A DNA stretch of 64,000 bases from Enoplolaimus lenunculus (taxonomy: Eukaryota): assembly GCA_030248215.1 (NCBI GenBank), contig JASANG010003130.1:124001-188000 (forward strand), given 5' to 3'. Both the position numbers and the translations under genes were made by a program. Under the pieces are notes generated by a model. That model saw nothing but the letters and a program-made list of their open reading frames with translations. It was not told the origin of the DNA and searched no databases. Of this stretch, positions 52,402 through 64,000 are shown piece by piece. Every line of letters starts with the position of its first letter. Positions within the stretch are counted from its first letter, which is position 1.

Positions 52402-53506
52402 ATGATTAACAATGCCTTGAACTTCTGCGAAATGACAAAAATTGTCTTGTTCGCTAGTTTTACAAGTGGATTAACAGATCAGCCCATCGAGCGTAAACAG
52501 AATTGACAAGCCAGCATTTATATTATACTTTAATTTAAACAGATTTAATATAAAATGACTCCAAAAAGTTTATACATGCGTAAAAGCACATACCATATAC
52601 AGCTGACTAGAATTAAAGCACATTCTCTATTGCTTGCATTCAAACGTATCAGAAGTAACGCATTTATATTAGGATGGATTGCGAATTTAACGATTGGCTT
52701 ACAGTAGCGTGTCCCAGTCATTATTCGTTCATTTCAAGATACAGTCGGCTCACGTTCAGAAACAGAAACCAAGGTCGTAAGCGTTAGGCTACCATTTAAC
52801 CCTTTCTCACATGAATATTTTCAATTTCATGTGAAATGCAATTTCAAGGTAAGATTCGATCCCCATTCTCACGGGTGGGAGGCGTTTACGATGACCACTG
52901 ATATATGTTATAAATGTTAAACACTGCTCGCCGTGTGTGTATTGCTCGTACATTATTGTATTTAGTTGCTCATAGTATACTCTATGAGTGAAAGGGTTAT
53001 AGATACTAAGTAAGAATTTTTTCATTACGCTTCGGTTGAGTTTTTTCGCCTATTAAACTTAAATTGACCTGGGCTGCCGATTCATGACTAATGTTCAGAA
53101 CCCGCTCTATAGAAGAGTCTAACATGTTCAAATTTAAACAAGGTAAGTCAGCACAGTTGCACATGTTCAACTGTCATAATGTGCTGAACGCCAGGTATAT
53201 TAAGTCTTTAACATGATTGTTTCTAAGCAAGCCCAACTTTTACCGACACAGAACTTGCAAATGTTAGAATATAATCTATACAATATACCTCCTATATGCG
53301 CAAATTCTAATATAGAGCGAAATGTCGAAATATATACGCTACGCATACGTTTGCTCCTGGTTATAATTACACTGTACTGTCAGAGTTTGTTTACTTCTGC
53401 GCAGGAACGCTGCCGAAAATACGTATGTGGAACGTTCCAGTTTTAATAATAGATTAGATTTATCGAACAAAATATTAACTAAAACTGTACATAAACATTA
53501 AATAAA

Positions 53507-53716
53507 CTAAATATAATCCATTACACGTTTCTGTTCTTCGCGTTTGAGCCGAACATTTTCGGTGGCATAATTTCGCCAATCATCGTTTCCACTTTCAATT
53601 GGGTTTCGCGATCCACGATGTAGCATGTGACTGGAATATATATCTTTTGAACGAGAAAGTGTCGGTTGTAGACGAGAATAGCTTTCGGCAAGCGACTGTA
53701 TTTCTTTATCGATTTG
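53507..53716 (-). CDS. Terminal coding exon of the - strand gene (QIDKEIQSLAESYSRLQ...REEQKRVMDYI*)
   Basis: TTTTCAG acceptor at 53717 (phase 0). 70 codons ending in TAG at 53509-53507. This frame differs from the ORF-track call at 53521-53799. Confidence 0.75.
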   Translation of the reverse strand, partial: QIDKEIQSLAESYSRLQPTLSRSKDIYSSHMLHRGSRNPIESGNDDWRNYATENVRLKREEQKRVMDYI

Positions 53717-54766
53717 CTGAAAATAAACAGTTTGATGTAAATTTTTCGCTGTATTGACAATGAAATTTTACAATACTTCGGCTTACAGGCTACAACCAAG
53801 TCAGTTTTAGGTATTCGAGTCTAAACAAAAACCTATGTCCAAAACCTGTGTGCTCAATCTTCAGCAGGGGCGTAGTCAGGATTTATGTTCGGAAGGTTAT
53901 AGCCTCTGAGAAAACTTTAGACCTCTAGGATCCAGAACCTTATTCTAAATCATGTGTCGTTGGTTTTCCTATTTCTTCGACAGTTTCAGTACAGATATAT
54001 CCCTTCTATCCTTCACCCTTCGATACACCCCTTATCTTAAACTTATGACAAAGATTGAACCAATTATATAATGTCGGAAACTGCCCTGCAGTTTATCCTA
54101 CTCGCAGGAAACAAAATTCACCAAACAAGGATGGGAACAATGTTGCTGCGATTGGTTCAAACAAGAGTCGATAATGACTCTTTTTACAAATATGTGCAAC
54201 TAGATACATTCTGATTACAAATGAATGCACCCAAAGCACGTTGCGTTTTTGGCCTACTCCCCCTTTTACTTAGGGGTAACAACTTGTGCGAACCCTGACG
54301 ATATACGTATACGGCATCAAAAATGCTTTGTTTATTGTTTAAGGGATAAACACCCGACGGTACATTTTGTACAATGTGGAACTTCAAGAGTTGCACACTC
54401 TTGTACCATGCACTCGTTGTTCACGTAAATAACCAATTTAATATATAAACTCTGTACCACCCATAGGTGGTTTCGCTTGAAATCCAGAGTACTTATCATA
54501 GTTACGTTAAAAGCCATGGTAGCATGGCTACTATTTGAACTAAATGCGAGTCTATTAGGCTTATTACCAAATTTTCTATTTTTTATTTATCAGATTTTAG
54601 CTAAAGAACACACCGTGAGCTTCAGATGAACCATTTGCATCGCAAAATTTTCGGCATGACAGACAAGCTGGAGGGATGCATTTTTCATCTCCCCTCAATC
54701 TGACACTCTATCGAAGTCATCTTGAACAATGTTTATTCACAGAAACATCAGTACTTTTAGACTTAC

Positions 54767-54875
54767 GTCGTTCGCTAATTTGTATTTTCGAGCGTTCATT
54801 CGCGCACGTTTATTAAGTTTGACCGGATATGTTGATTCTTCTGATGACGCGCTTGGAACCGAACCAAAATGTAGC
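54767..54875 (-). CDS. 109-nt internal exon of the - strand gene (LHFGSVPSASSEESTYPVKLNKRARMNARKYKLAND)
   Basis: TTTATAG acceptor and GAC|GTAAGT donor. 1+108 nt, phase-compatible on both sides. Confidence 0.75.
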
Positions 54876-55341
54876 CTATAAATAGTAGTATTTTTATTAA
54901 ATTTAAAACCGAGAAACAGATGCAACGTTTTAATAATCGCAGCCGCTGTACATTTTTGAGACGTCCTGAAGGCAGCTTCTTTTCAAAACACTTCGTTAGC
55001 GGAGTTTGTATTTTGGAATTATTGAAATTTTTAATATCCAATTTACTTTAGCATTTGTTCAGGTTCGTACTTAGGCATTTAGAATATAAATTGCGTTTTA
55101 GAAATTACAGCAAAAAAAGCATTTCTTATAGTTTTGGTCCAATGAGAAAGCCCCCAATTTTTGTAAACGTAAGCCTAATGTTTATGGTAGAACCGTGAAA
55201 TTTCAAAAAACTGTGGGAGAAAGTTGACAAGAGCAAAATTAATTTTATCACTTCCCAGCGATTTTACATAACAACTCGACTACGACGAAACGTTTTCGTT
55301 CAATTTAAGCGGCTTCTTATTTTTTGAAATCGTGTCTGCAC

Positions 55342-55698
55342 CAGAGCTGCATGTTACCACCGGGTAAACGCGGAAGGGTAAGAAAATTTTGATGCGGGCA
55401 TACACGCGGGTAAAGAGTTTCAGAATTCATGTAAACATTTGCTAATCATAAGCCACCTAAAATTTTCATAAGAAACTTGAAACCACATGATATAGAAAAA
55501 CTTGATACTTTAAACTGGTTTTACCGTAAGAGTGATAAATAATAAGCGAGTAACATCAATGCTCTGTAAATTACACAATTGTATTGAACGTAGAACCAAC
55601 AATAAGGGCAGGTAAAGGTGGCTAACGGGTAAAGAAATTTGGCGCGGTTATACCAGCTTATGCAGCGCTGGTAAAATCTTTACCCACTTCCATGTCTG
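55342..55698. mobile_element. hAT-like MITE with GGGTAA sub-repeats, intronic
   Basis: CAGA...TCTG ends. TSD GTCTGCAC/GTCTGCAA (7/8). Confidence 0.6.
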
Positions 55699-55835
55699 GT
55701 CTGCAACGATGACGGAGTTGTAAGTTACAAATTGCATGGAAGCGGCCCCCGGTTCAAATTTATTAGTAATTTTGTTTACCGGAGTACAGCCAGAATAATC
55801 ATTAAATTAATTTTCACCCTGCAAGCATTACTTAC

Positions 55836-56485
55836 GTTGATCCGTTTGTCGACCGTGAATGGCCGTAGCTTCCGGCTGCAGCAACACTCGCCAAGCTTTG
55901 GAATGCGCGTTCAATTTCGGTGCGCGACGCTTCTCGTGCGCGTCGAAATTCTTCGAGCAATTCCGCTGGAGTGCAATCGGGCGCAATAGGACTTACGTCA
56001 TACTGCACTTCAGCATAGCGGTCACCAGCAAGCAGTGGGTAATAGCTTGAACCTGGACGTCGGCTATCGTACCCTCGTCCGGATACTGAGCTAAACCCAG
56101 AGCTAGTATTATCCCAGATGTCGCTATCCCAGATGCGACTAGCTCGCGGTGTCGCATACCGTCGTACAATGCGATCCGCATAAGAATGTGCGAGTTCTTT
56201 GCACGAGTTAACCAGCGATTTACGTAGCTGCAACAGTTGACGTTGGCGTTCCAGTGGGGATAATTGCAACTTAGATGTCTGTAAATTGTTGTTCCCATGT
56301 AGCGCAGTTGTGCTTGAAGGTAATACCAACGATTTTGACGCTTCGCCGTAATTAGAGTCGGGCTTTCCAGCCCAGTACGAATTTTCATAGAAAGGATTTG
56401 TCCTTGATGTACCAGTATCATACGCGCCGTAGGAGTTGTGCACTGTATCATACTGATACGTAGGCTCTCTTGCAAACAAGCTGCG

Positions 56486-56523
<38 letters not shown>

Positions 56524-56900
56524 TATTATTTGAATCAAAATAGTTGTACGATGCCACTTGAGATTTACCATATCCCTTGTCAGTTGAGTCGGGTATTTTA
56601 CGCTGACTAGTTGCATTTTGAAGTCGCTGTTTAACTTCAACCGGAATATCGTGTTCGTTTTCCAACAAATGTTTAATTTCATCGATTTGTTTGTCCAATT
56701 CAACGAGTAAATGCGGATAATGTGATGTAGATTGAGTTGAATGCGGTCTTGAGTCTAGAGAGCCGCTTCCGCTGTTGATCTCAACTATCGTTGGAGGATT
56801 TTGAATATCGTGTTCAACAATTGAATCGCGTTCACATTCGAGATCATTTAGTCGATCCAACAACGCAACGTAGCGTTCGATTTTGTTCCATTTTTCAGTT
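55836..56900 (-). CDS. Internal exon of the - strand gene (coiled-coil-like segments, poly-Asn, NPF motif)
   Basis: TTTTTCAG acceptor at 56901, inside the 371-aa ORF. Donor AC|GTAAGT at 55836/55835. Length 1065 = 1+1062+2. Confidence 0.85.
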
Positions 56901-57521
56901 CTGAAAAACGTTGTATTTTGTAAATTATAGTTGCAACCACTGTCCACAACAAATCCAAATCATTAAGTACTTTATACTTTAGATCAGTTGCGAAGATTAC
57001 AATTACGTTGAGCTTGTTGCTCGCTTCGCTCATGAGGTTTTATGTATAGTTTACGTTTAAAAAATTTCAACTGCGAAGCCGTTCGATAATAGACATACGA
57101 GTCAAAATCTTTCAACGAACCGAAATAAATAATCCTTGCATACGGTAATTGATTATTTTCAAAAATAAATTTTGTAATTTACACAATTTATGCGACCAGT
57201 CAAACTTCAAACGGATATTTTCAACTAAAACTAAAGTGTGCCTGGCTTTTCGCTCGTGCCGCTCATTGCTCGTTTAACGTGTTTTCAAGTGCTTATGGTA
57301 ACTTGTACCTCACAACACATGTTCAGAACCATGGACACCTGTATATATGTGCAAGAGACTAGCCCTGCACGCCCCTGCGTTCAGTGAGTAATTTTTAATT
57401 TAGGGTAAGTAGTATATTGAGTAAAAATTTTGCGTATAAATTCGATTCACTATAACATGTTAGGGTTCACGGTGACGGAGGGCGACGTACGAATGGTGGA
57501 TGACGCCGTATGGTGACGGTC

Positions 57522-57917
57522 GGTGACGGACGGCGTCGTACGGATGACGGACGGCGTCGTACGGGTGACGGACGGCGTCGTACGGGTGACGGACGGCGTC
57601 GTACGGGTGACGGACGGCGTCGTACGGGTGACGGACGGCGTCGTACGGGTGACGGACGGCGTCGTACGGGTGACGGACGGCGTCGTACGGGTGACGGACG
57701 GCGTCGAACGGGTGGCGGACGGCGTCGTACGGGTGACGGAAGGCGTCGTACGGGTGACGGAAGGCGTCGTACGGGTGACGGACGGCGTCGCACGGGTGAC
57801 GGAAGGCGTCGTACGGGTGACGGACGGCGTCGTACGGGTGACGGACGGCGTCGTACGGGTGACGGACGGCGTCGTACGGGTGACGGACGGCGTCGTACGG
57901 GTGACGGACGGCGTCGT
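57522..57917. repeat. 21-bp GC-rich minisatellite (GGTGACGGACGGCGTCGTACG), about 19 copies, intronic
   Basis: Direct tandem periodicity with highly homogeneous units. Confidence 0.95.
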
Positions 57918-58134
57918 CCGTCGCGTCCAGGTGTTCAACTATATTCTATGACCTAAATCCGATTATCCACTCTTGGGTATACATACAGACACTGCTTCTA
58001 ATACAGACAACGAAAATGTTCCATATTAAACTACTTTCATTTCGGTTCAACAAAAACAATATTTAGCTTAACCTAAAATAACGTTTCTGTTTTTAAGCGT
58101 AAGAAACTTTAACAATATTGAGCGTGACACTTAC

Positions 58135-58213
58135 TCATCAGATCTGGTGTGGGCATTGTTTTCAATTGTCGGATTGTCCAACCATGATCCGGTATTAGAT
58201 GTATGTACTGGAT
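58135..58213 (-). CDS. 79-nt internal exon of the - strand gene (DPVHTSNTGSWLDNPTIENNAHTRSD)
   Basis: ATTTTAG acceptor and GA|GTAAGT donor. Its 2+75+2 nt bridge the phase-1 donor at 59057 and the phase-2 acceptor at 56900 exactly. Confidence 0.75.
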
Positions 58214-59056
58214 CTAAAATAGTAAAATCCGTATAATTAAAGCTGGAATACTCCACATACGTATATTGGTCAAGTTTCCAGCATGCTTTGTTTACTAGAT
58301 AATTTGTACAGAGACTTTTCATGCATACGCTAAAACTTTTGTGCATTGCGCAAAGTTCGACGACTATTACAATTTACACAGCTAAATAGTGGTGTTAATT
58401 TAGCTAATTTCAGTACACCTTGTGACTAAATCAAAGTAGCAATAAAACTTTTTGACCGTTTAAGGCTAGAACGAAAATCCTATAATGTTGTCATTCATCA
58501 ATGTACATTAGCTTATTTCATTAGTTATCGAAGGTAAAGAAATGTAAATTGGCAAACTTTAAATCAAACTTGTCATGATAATTTACAGGCATACATTCTG
58601 ATTTGTTAAAAGCTTTGAAAACTAACTTTACGTAGCCGTCTCATTAAATATTGATGTAAGGAAAAATATATTTTCGAATTTAAAATTCAATAAATTTACG
58701 ATCTGGTTTATTGCGATAAGGGAATTCGTCTGAAGTAAACCAATTACCTAATCATAGTTGACACGTTTTGAGGTAACATTTTTTCGTCAAAACGGATATG
58801 AGCGAAACAAAAATTATTTTCGTGCATTAAATAAAATTTTGATTTTAATTTTTGGCTTTAAATTCTGATCAGGTCGGCAATGCTTTACGAATCAACATTC
58901 TATGATCGTAATTTATGACCGTTTTTCACAGAAATATTTCTTCAAAGGACCCAGTAAGGTTAAAAATAGGTTTTCGAAGTTTTTAATAAAACTTCTCGCA
59001 GTAAATTTCGAATTTGTGCATCAATCAATTATGCGGTTTCGAAAAATTGACCTTAC

Positions 59057-62000
59057 CAAATCGAAGTTGTGACGCGTTTTGATTCTCTATTGCTGATCCA
59101 TCAACGATACGTAGTTCTCCAGTTGCAAGCTTTGAATTTAAGTGTTCCAAATTTGTTGCCAGCCGCTGTTGCGTGTGTTTAGCTTCTCGAGCGGCATCCA
59201 GTAAACTATCATTCCCAGCACGATAATTAGGGTTTACGTCGTTTTCGTTTCGAAATTGTAGATCCGCTGATCCAGGATTGTATATATTATTGATCGACAC
59301 CGAACGTTCTCCAGCAGTTAGAGAAGATCCTAGCAGTCCAGAGGTATTATGTTTCATAATTGGCCGCCTAACACCAGATTCTGATTGATTTTTGAGAAAA
59401 GTAGGCGCTTTGTCAGTGTGATCAGGTAAACTTGGACCAGTTTCCAACGAGTTTCCTCGAACGTCACCCCATGATACGAACTTTTTTGATTGGTAATGTA
59501 GCCGAGGCTCGACATCATCTGTGTCGTTTGGAAAACTTCCACGCCGCCTTTCACGCAGAATATCCGCAGAATCTGGTCGAATGCTAGAAAGACGCTCTGG
59601 TACTGTCTTGAAATTTTCTCTTTGACTGGATGGTAATCCGACGTCTGTAGCTGGAGTATTACCTGAAAACAGGTTCCCCGATTCGAATTCAGAATCCTGA
59701 TCAAAGCGATATGACGGTAAATATTTCTTGTATTCGCTGCCGAATTGGCTATCAACGGTTGAGTCTTCCAAATTGACGCCGTCTTCGTCGTGGTGTTGGT
59801 CCTGGTTCAGCAAACGGTCGAACTCAGTATCCGCAGTGCCAGTCAAACTGTCAGGCCGGCTACTGCTTACTGAAATATCTAACTTTTCACCGGATAACTT
59901 TTTCGTAATTCTGTTCCACTTTGTTTCTAAATTAGACGGTTGTCGTTGAATTGAAGTTGCTTTTGAGCTGTCATCTAAAGTGTCTTGACTATAGCGTAAG
60001 TCTGGAACCGATCCAGTGATTGTTTGATTAAGCTTCGCTCCACCTTGATTCGCTGAATTCAAATCTGAGTAACTATAGCTTCGGCGTAGTTGGTTTATTT
60101 TCGATGTGTTTCCGACGCCGTCTATCGTGTTGAGTTCCGACAACGATAGCGTTCTCTCGGGCAAACTTGACAATGATAGCATAGATGCTCGCAAATTAGT
60201 CTCATCATTGTTTGTTCTGATTTCCTCATGGTCATGTTTGACCGATGCTACTTCGGCAGTTGAGTTGGCTTGGTCATTAGAAGCACTCTGGACGCCCGGG
60301 TGCTCAGAATCACAATTATCTTGCTCCATTGAGCTAATCGAAATATACGGAATTCCGTTGACGTATGTAAAATGCAAATATCTTTCGTTATCGTCAGGTT
60401 CTTCCGATTGTACATCATGCTTATTCTGCTTTGTTGCAAATCCTTCACGCAGTTCTGATTGCTCGTGATCTGAAATATTATTTTCCTCATCGGAGAACGT
60501 TATACAATCTTGTTTTATGTCCCGTTGACTTGAATTAGGTACATCTTTTTGTAACCATGTAGACTGTCGGATGTTGTCACCAGAATGTCCGAAGAAATGT
60601 TCTCCAAACTGGCTTCCGTTGCCAGATTCTGATCCCGGGTTTCCACAATTAACGCCAGTATAAATCACTGGTGTATCACTAAAATGTTTCGTTTCACGAG
60701 ATATCATTGATTCGATAGCAACGTTATCTTCACTATCATCGTCATGCTCATCAATATCAGACGCTGAAGTACTTCTAGAGCGTTCTGAAACCCGCAACAG
60801 AGGCCCATGGCCTATATTGTCCGGCATTTGAATTGGATTTTGTAACGCCAGCTTGTACGAACTTTTATCCTGAGTCAACTCGTCTACCGCTGTTGGTTCT
60901 CGTTTTAAGTCGTCAGGAAACGAAACTGGATTTGCTTGAGCTAATTTGTACGATGTTTCATCATCTTTGGATGAAATTTGTCTCGATAGAGTACCATCCC
61001 AGTTGTCTGTAGCCGTGTTTTGTGCACCCGTATCGATGTTTTCACCATTCCTGTAGAGACGTTGTTGCGAACGTAAAGTTGAATTGAACAACGGCGAAGA
61101 TTGAACTTGTTTTTCAATTGTGTTAGTCGACGATTCAATTCGGTCTGCGAGGTCACTTAAAATTGTCACCAAACTGTCTGATTTTCCATCGCAATTCACG
61201 GAATCACTAGCTTGTCCGCGATTAGCCCCGCTATGTTCTTCTGACAACGAAACGAAAAGTGGTAAATGAATTACACCAGCTTCACCTGATGTTTTCAAGC
61301 TTTCACTAACGTGTTCAGCAGATCGATTGCCATCCTGTTCGTTCATATCCACCTTTATAGGATCGACAACATCAAGAATTGGTGTATCATATAAAGGATC
61401 ATTTTCAGATCGAGAACTTACACTTCCAGGTTCATCTTCGTCAAAAATAAGCGATTTTCTTAGTTTTGGAGTATTACTTGCTGAATCGCTTCTGTAGTAA
61501 GGATCCACGGCGCTTACATCGGTAAGATCAACTGGCAACTTATACGATTTAGACGATAATTTTGGCGTGTTTGTGTATTCCGTTGTTTTTACAGGTGTTT
61601 CGTGTTCCAAGTCAACCACCATTGCATCTTCTTCAAAACTGGCCACACTTTGCTGTCTTGGACTTCGCTTAAACAAGCCGTTGCTTGCTATATCTTGGTT
61701 ATCATGTGTTCTCGATTGTCTGATGATATGATCAGTTTCATACGTCGAGCTTTCGTGTTCTTCAGTCACCGGTGGAAGTTTGTGCAATTTTGATTTTTCC
61801 GGTCGTCCGACATGAGGATCTTTGCCTTGCACCAAAGTGCCAGGACCATTTGCAAACGGATTTGTTGCTGAAAATTGGTAATTATGCTCGTTGCCATCAT
61901 GAATTGCAGTTTGGTTAAGGAATGGGTTTCCTAGAACGGCAGCGGGTTGTTTGGACATCTCTGTCTCATTTTGTAAGCTAACCGTGCTTAGGTTGATATC

Positions 62001-64000
62001 GCCATTCGAGTTATCCAGTGGCAGTGTATTTGCTGACTCCGGTAAATACTGATCCTCGCCATTTTCCATCTTTTTGTCGTCGCTGTCAACTATAGGACTA
62101 GTGATTGTAGACGAAATTCCATTGGCGTCAATCATGAAGCAACCAGAATCGGTATCTTTTTCGTATTCTTCAAAAGCCGGCGATTTACTTGTGGATTTTG
62201 TTTCTTTATCGCCATCTGCGCCGGTCAGAGTTTGGCCACGAGATCCTTCCGACCCAAAAATTTTCGCGTCTTTGCTTTCGGCATTTTCTTCGAACAACCC
62301 TTGATCGTGGATCTCAGTAGACCAAGCATTATCATTCTCAAAATCGTCTTTTTCGTTACGATCCGAACCAGGCGGTGTCTTAACTTCGGCCATGCTCCGT
62401 TGAGATATCTTAGCATCTCCAACACTGTCGCCAGCTGCTGTTTTCGCTTCAACTTTGGATCCAGCTGCTGTTCCTTCTTGTTGCGAACGGCGTTTTTTAC
62501 GCTTTCGCAGCTTTCGAGTTCCGCCCGGAGACCACTGATCTTCTCGACTGTCATCATCGCTACTACTATCGTCTGTATTTCGGAATTCTGGTACCTGATG
62601 CAACGCTCGAAGTAGTCTTGCTGAATTCAACGAAGCACAAGAAGATCTACGGTAAGAAATGTCTTGTAACGATGGCAATGCAATATCGGCAGAAGAAGTT
62701 TGCTCCTTTTGATCTTCGTTGTCAACTCCTTGAGGTACGCCGTAGTCAGACTCTCCATAATCTACATCTGTGATTCCGTAGTCGTTTGGCACCACGTCGA
62801 GAAGTTCCATGCTTCCAAACCGTTGCTTTTGAGTCGTTCCTTGTGGATATAAAAGTTTTAAATTTTGATCTTCTCCAAATTTTAAGTCATTTTCATCGTG
62901 GCCCAGTTTTGCTAACTCTAAGAATTTTGGTTTTGCAACAAACTGACTCAACTGGGACGGTGTACGTGGTTCAACAGAAGCTGATCTTCTCCGCTGTGGT
63001 TCGGCAAACTGCAAATCATTGCTTGGTCCAGCTAAATTGTCGAGTGACAAAAATCGTCTATGTTTCAGGCCGGAGCGCAAGCCGAGTTGGTTTTGGTAGA
63101 GCGCATTACCTAACCTGTCTTTAATAGCCCGCAGGTAACTGTTGGAACGCCCACGAATATTTAGATGTTCAGGTTCTTTCGCGTGCAGTATATTAGATAC
63201 GCGTGGTTGTTGATGGGTATCCAAACTAAAACGATCATTTTGATTTACTTCACTATTTTCAAAACTGCTCGCTGCTCCAGCACTTGCAACATCAGAAGGA
63301 TTTCGCTCGTTCGAATTGTTCATTTTCAGTAACGATGTTCGCGCAGCGTTGAAGACTTCCATTGGTAGCCGAAACAAACCCGTTTTACGGTCACCTGTTG
63401 TGCCGTATTTTTCAGCTGCCTTTAAGTCTGCAGTAGGAACATGAGTATCTGACAAATATGATCTGCTTTCGGTGTGTTTTGAAATTTCGCGGACACTATC
63501 CATTTGGTCTTGAGTTGAAATTATCTCTTCAGGTTTTGGATCAATTTGTATTTCATCGTCGGCTGTTTCATACGGAATGTCGTCGCTTGAAGTAGCAACG
63601 TCTTGAAATAGCGGATCTGGACATGGCTGTTCTTCTGCGGTTACCATAGAAATGCTGTCTGGATGCTTTTCGATCGCAGCGCTTTTCGAAAGGTCAGACC
63701 CGGATTTGTGTTCAGATTCAATTGTTTTATCTTTGCTTTCGGACTCTGCTTTTTTCGATATGATATTTTGATCGATTTCGTTGTTGATAGTTTCCTCAAC
63801 CAGTGATTCAACGAAACTTTTCTCACCGGCCGCAAATTCGTTGTCATAGTTCAAAAACGCGTCGTGTCCAACGTCAGAAGGTACCAAATGCTCAACTACT
63901 GGAAGCTTGCATTGTTTTTGCTCGTGCGAGTTAATAGTTTCATTGTCAGATAAGCTATTTTCAGTTGCGGGTTCATCACCGACCACATGGGAGGAATCGT
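59057..64000 (-). CDS. Giant exon (>4.9 kb, 5'-truncated by the window) of a large acidic, Ser-rich low-complexity protein
   Basis: 1653-aa ORF that stays open to the window edge. Donor G|GTAAG at 59057/59056 (phase 1). No globular domain recognised. Confidence 0.85.

Noticed and set aside
57450..57956. Four overlapping ORFs (TRTTPSV, RRRPSPV, etc.), mucin- or protamine-like
   Set aside because: Translations of a 21-bp minisatellite lying in an intron. The flanking exons join in phase without it.

Overview
AT-rich eukaryotic genomic DNA, most likely from a nematode (TTAGGC-type repeats, TTTCAG splice acceptors, an rgl-1-like N-terminus). It contains two convergent spliced genes that the ORF track shows only in fragments. 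(1) A + strand RalGDS/RGL-family RalGEF with three coding exons (25887-25952, 44616-45685, 46554-49737; 1439 aa; REM, CDC25 and RA domains), whose 66-nt first exon is separated from the rest by an 18.7-kb repeat-filled intron. (2) The 3' part of a very large, mostly low-complexity - strand protein (five phase-compatible exons from beyond 64000 down to 53507), with a C-terminal helical motif pair reminiscent of STARD9/KIF16A. The intergenic and intronic DNA holds a young, complete, non-coding LTR element (11369-18473: 1.86-kb LTRs about 99% identical, ATCTT TSD, tRNA-Pro-like PBS, PPT, TG...TA ends, a dead zinc knuckle). It also holds many MITEs: hAT-like (8-bp TSD), Merlin-like carrying telomere-type TTAGGC repeats, Harbinger-like (TAA TSD) and TA-flanked. 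Several minisatellites and satellites are present, some of them visibly derived from those MITEs. No rRNA, tRNA or CRISPR array was found. All family assignments come from reading by eye and from recalled consensus motifs, not from database searches.
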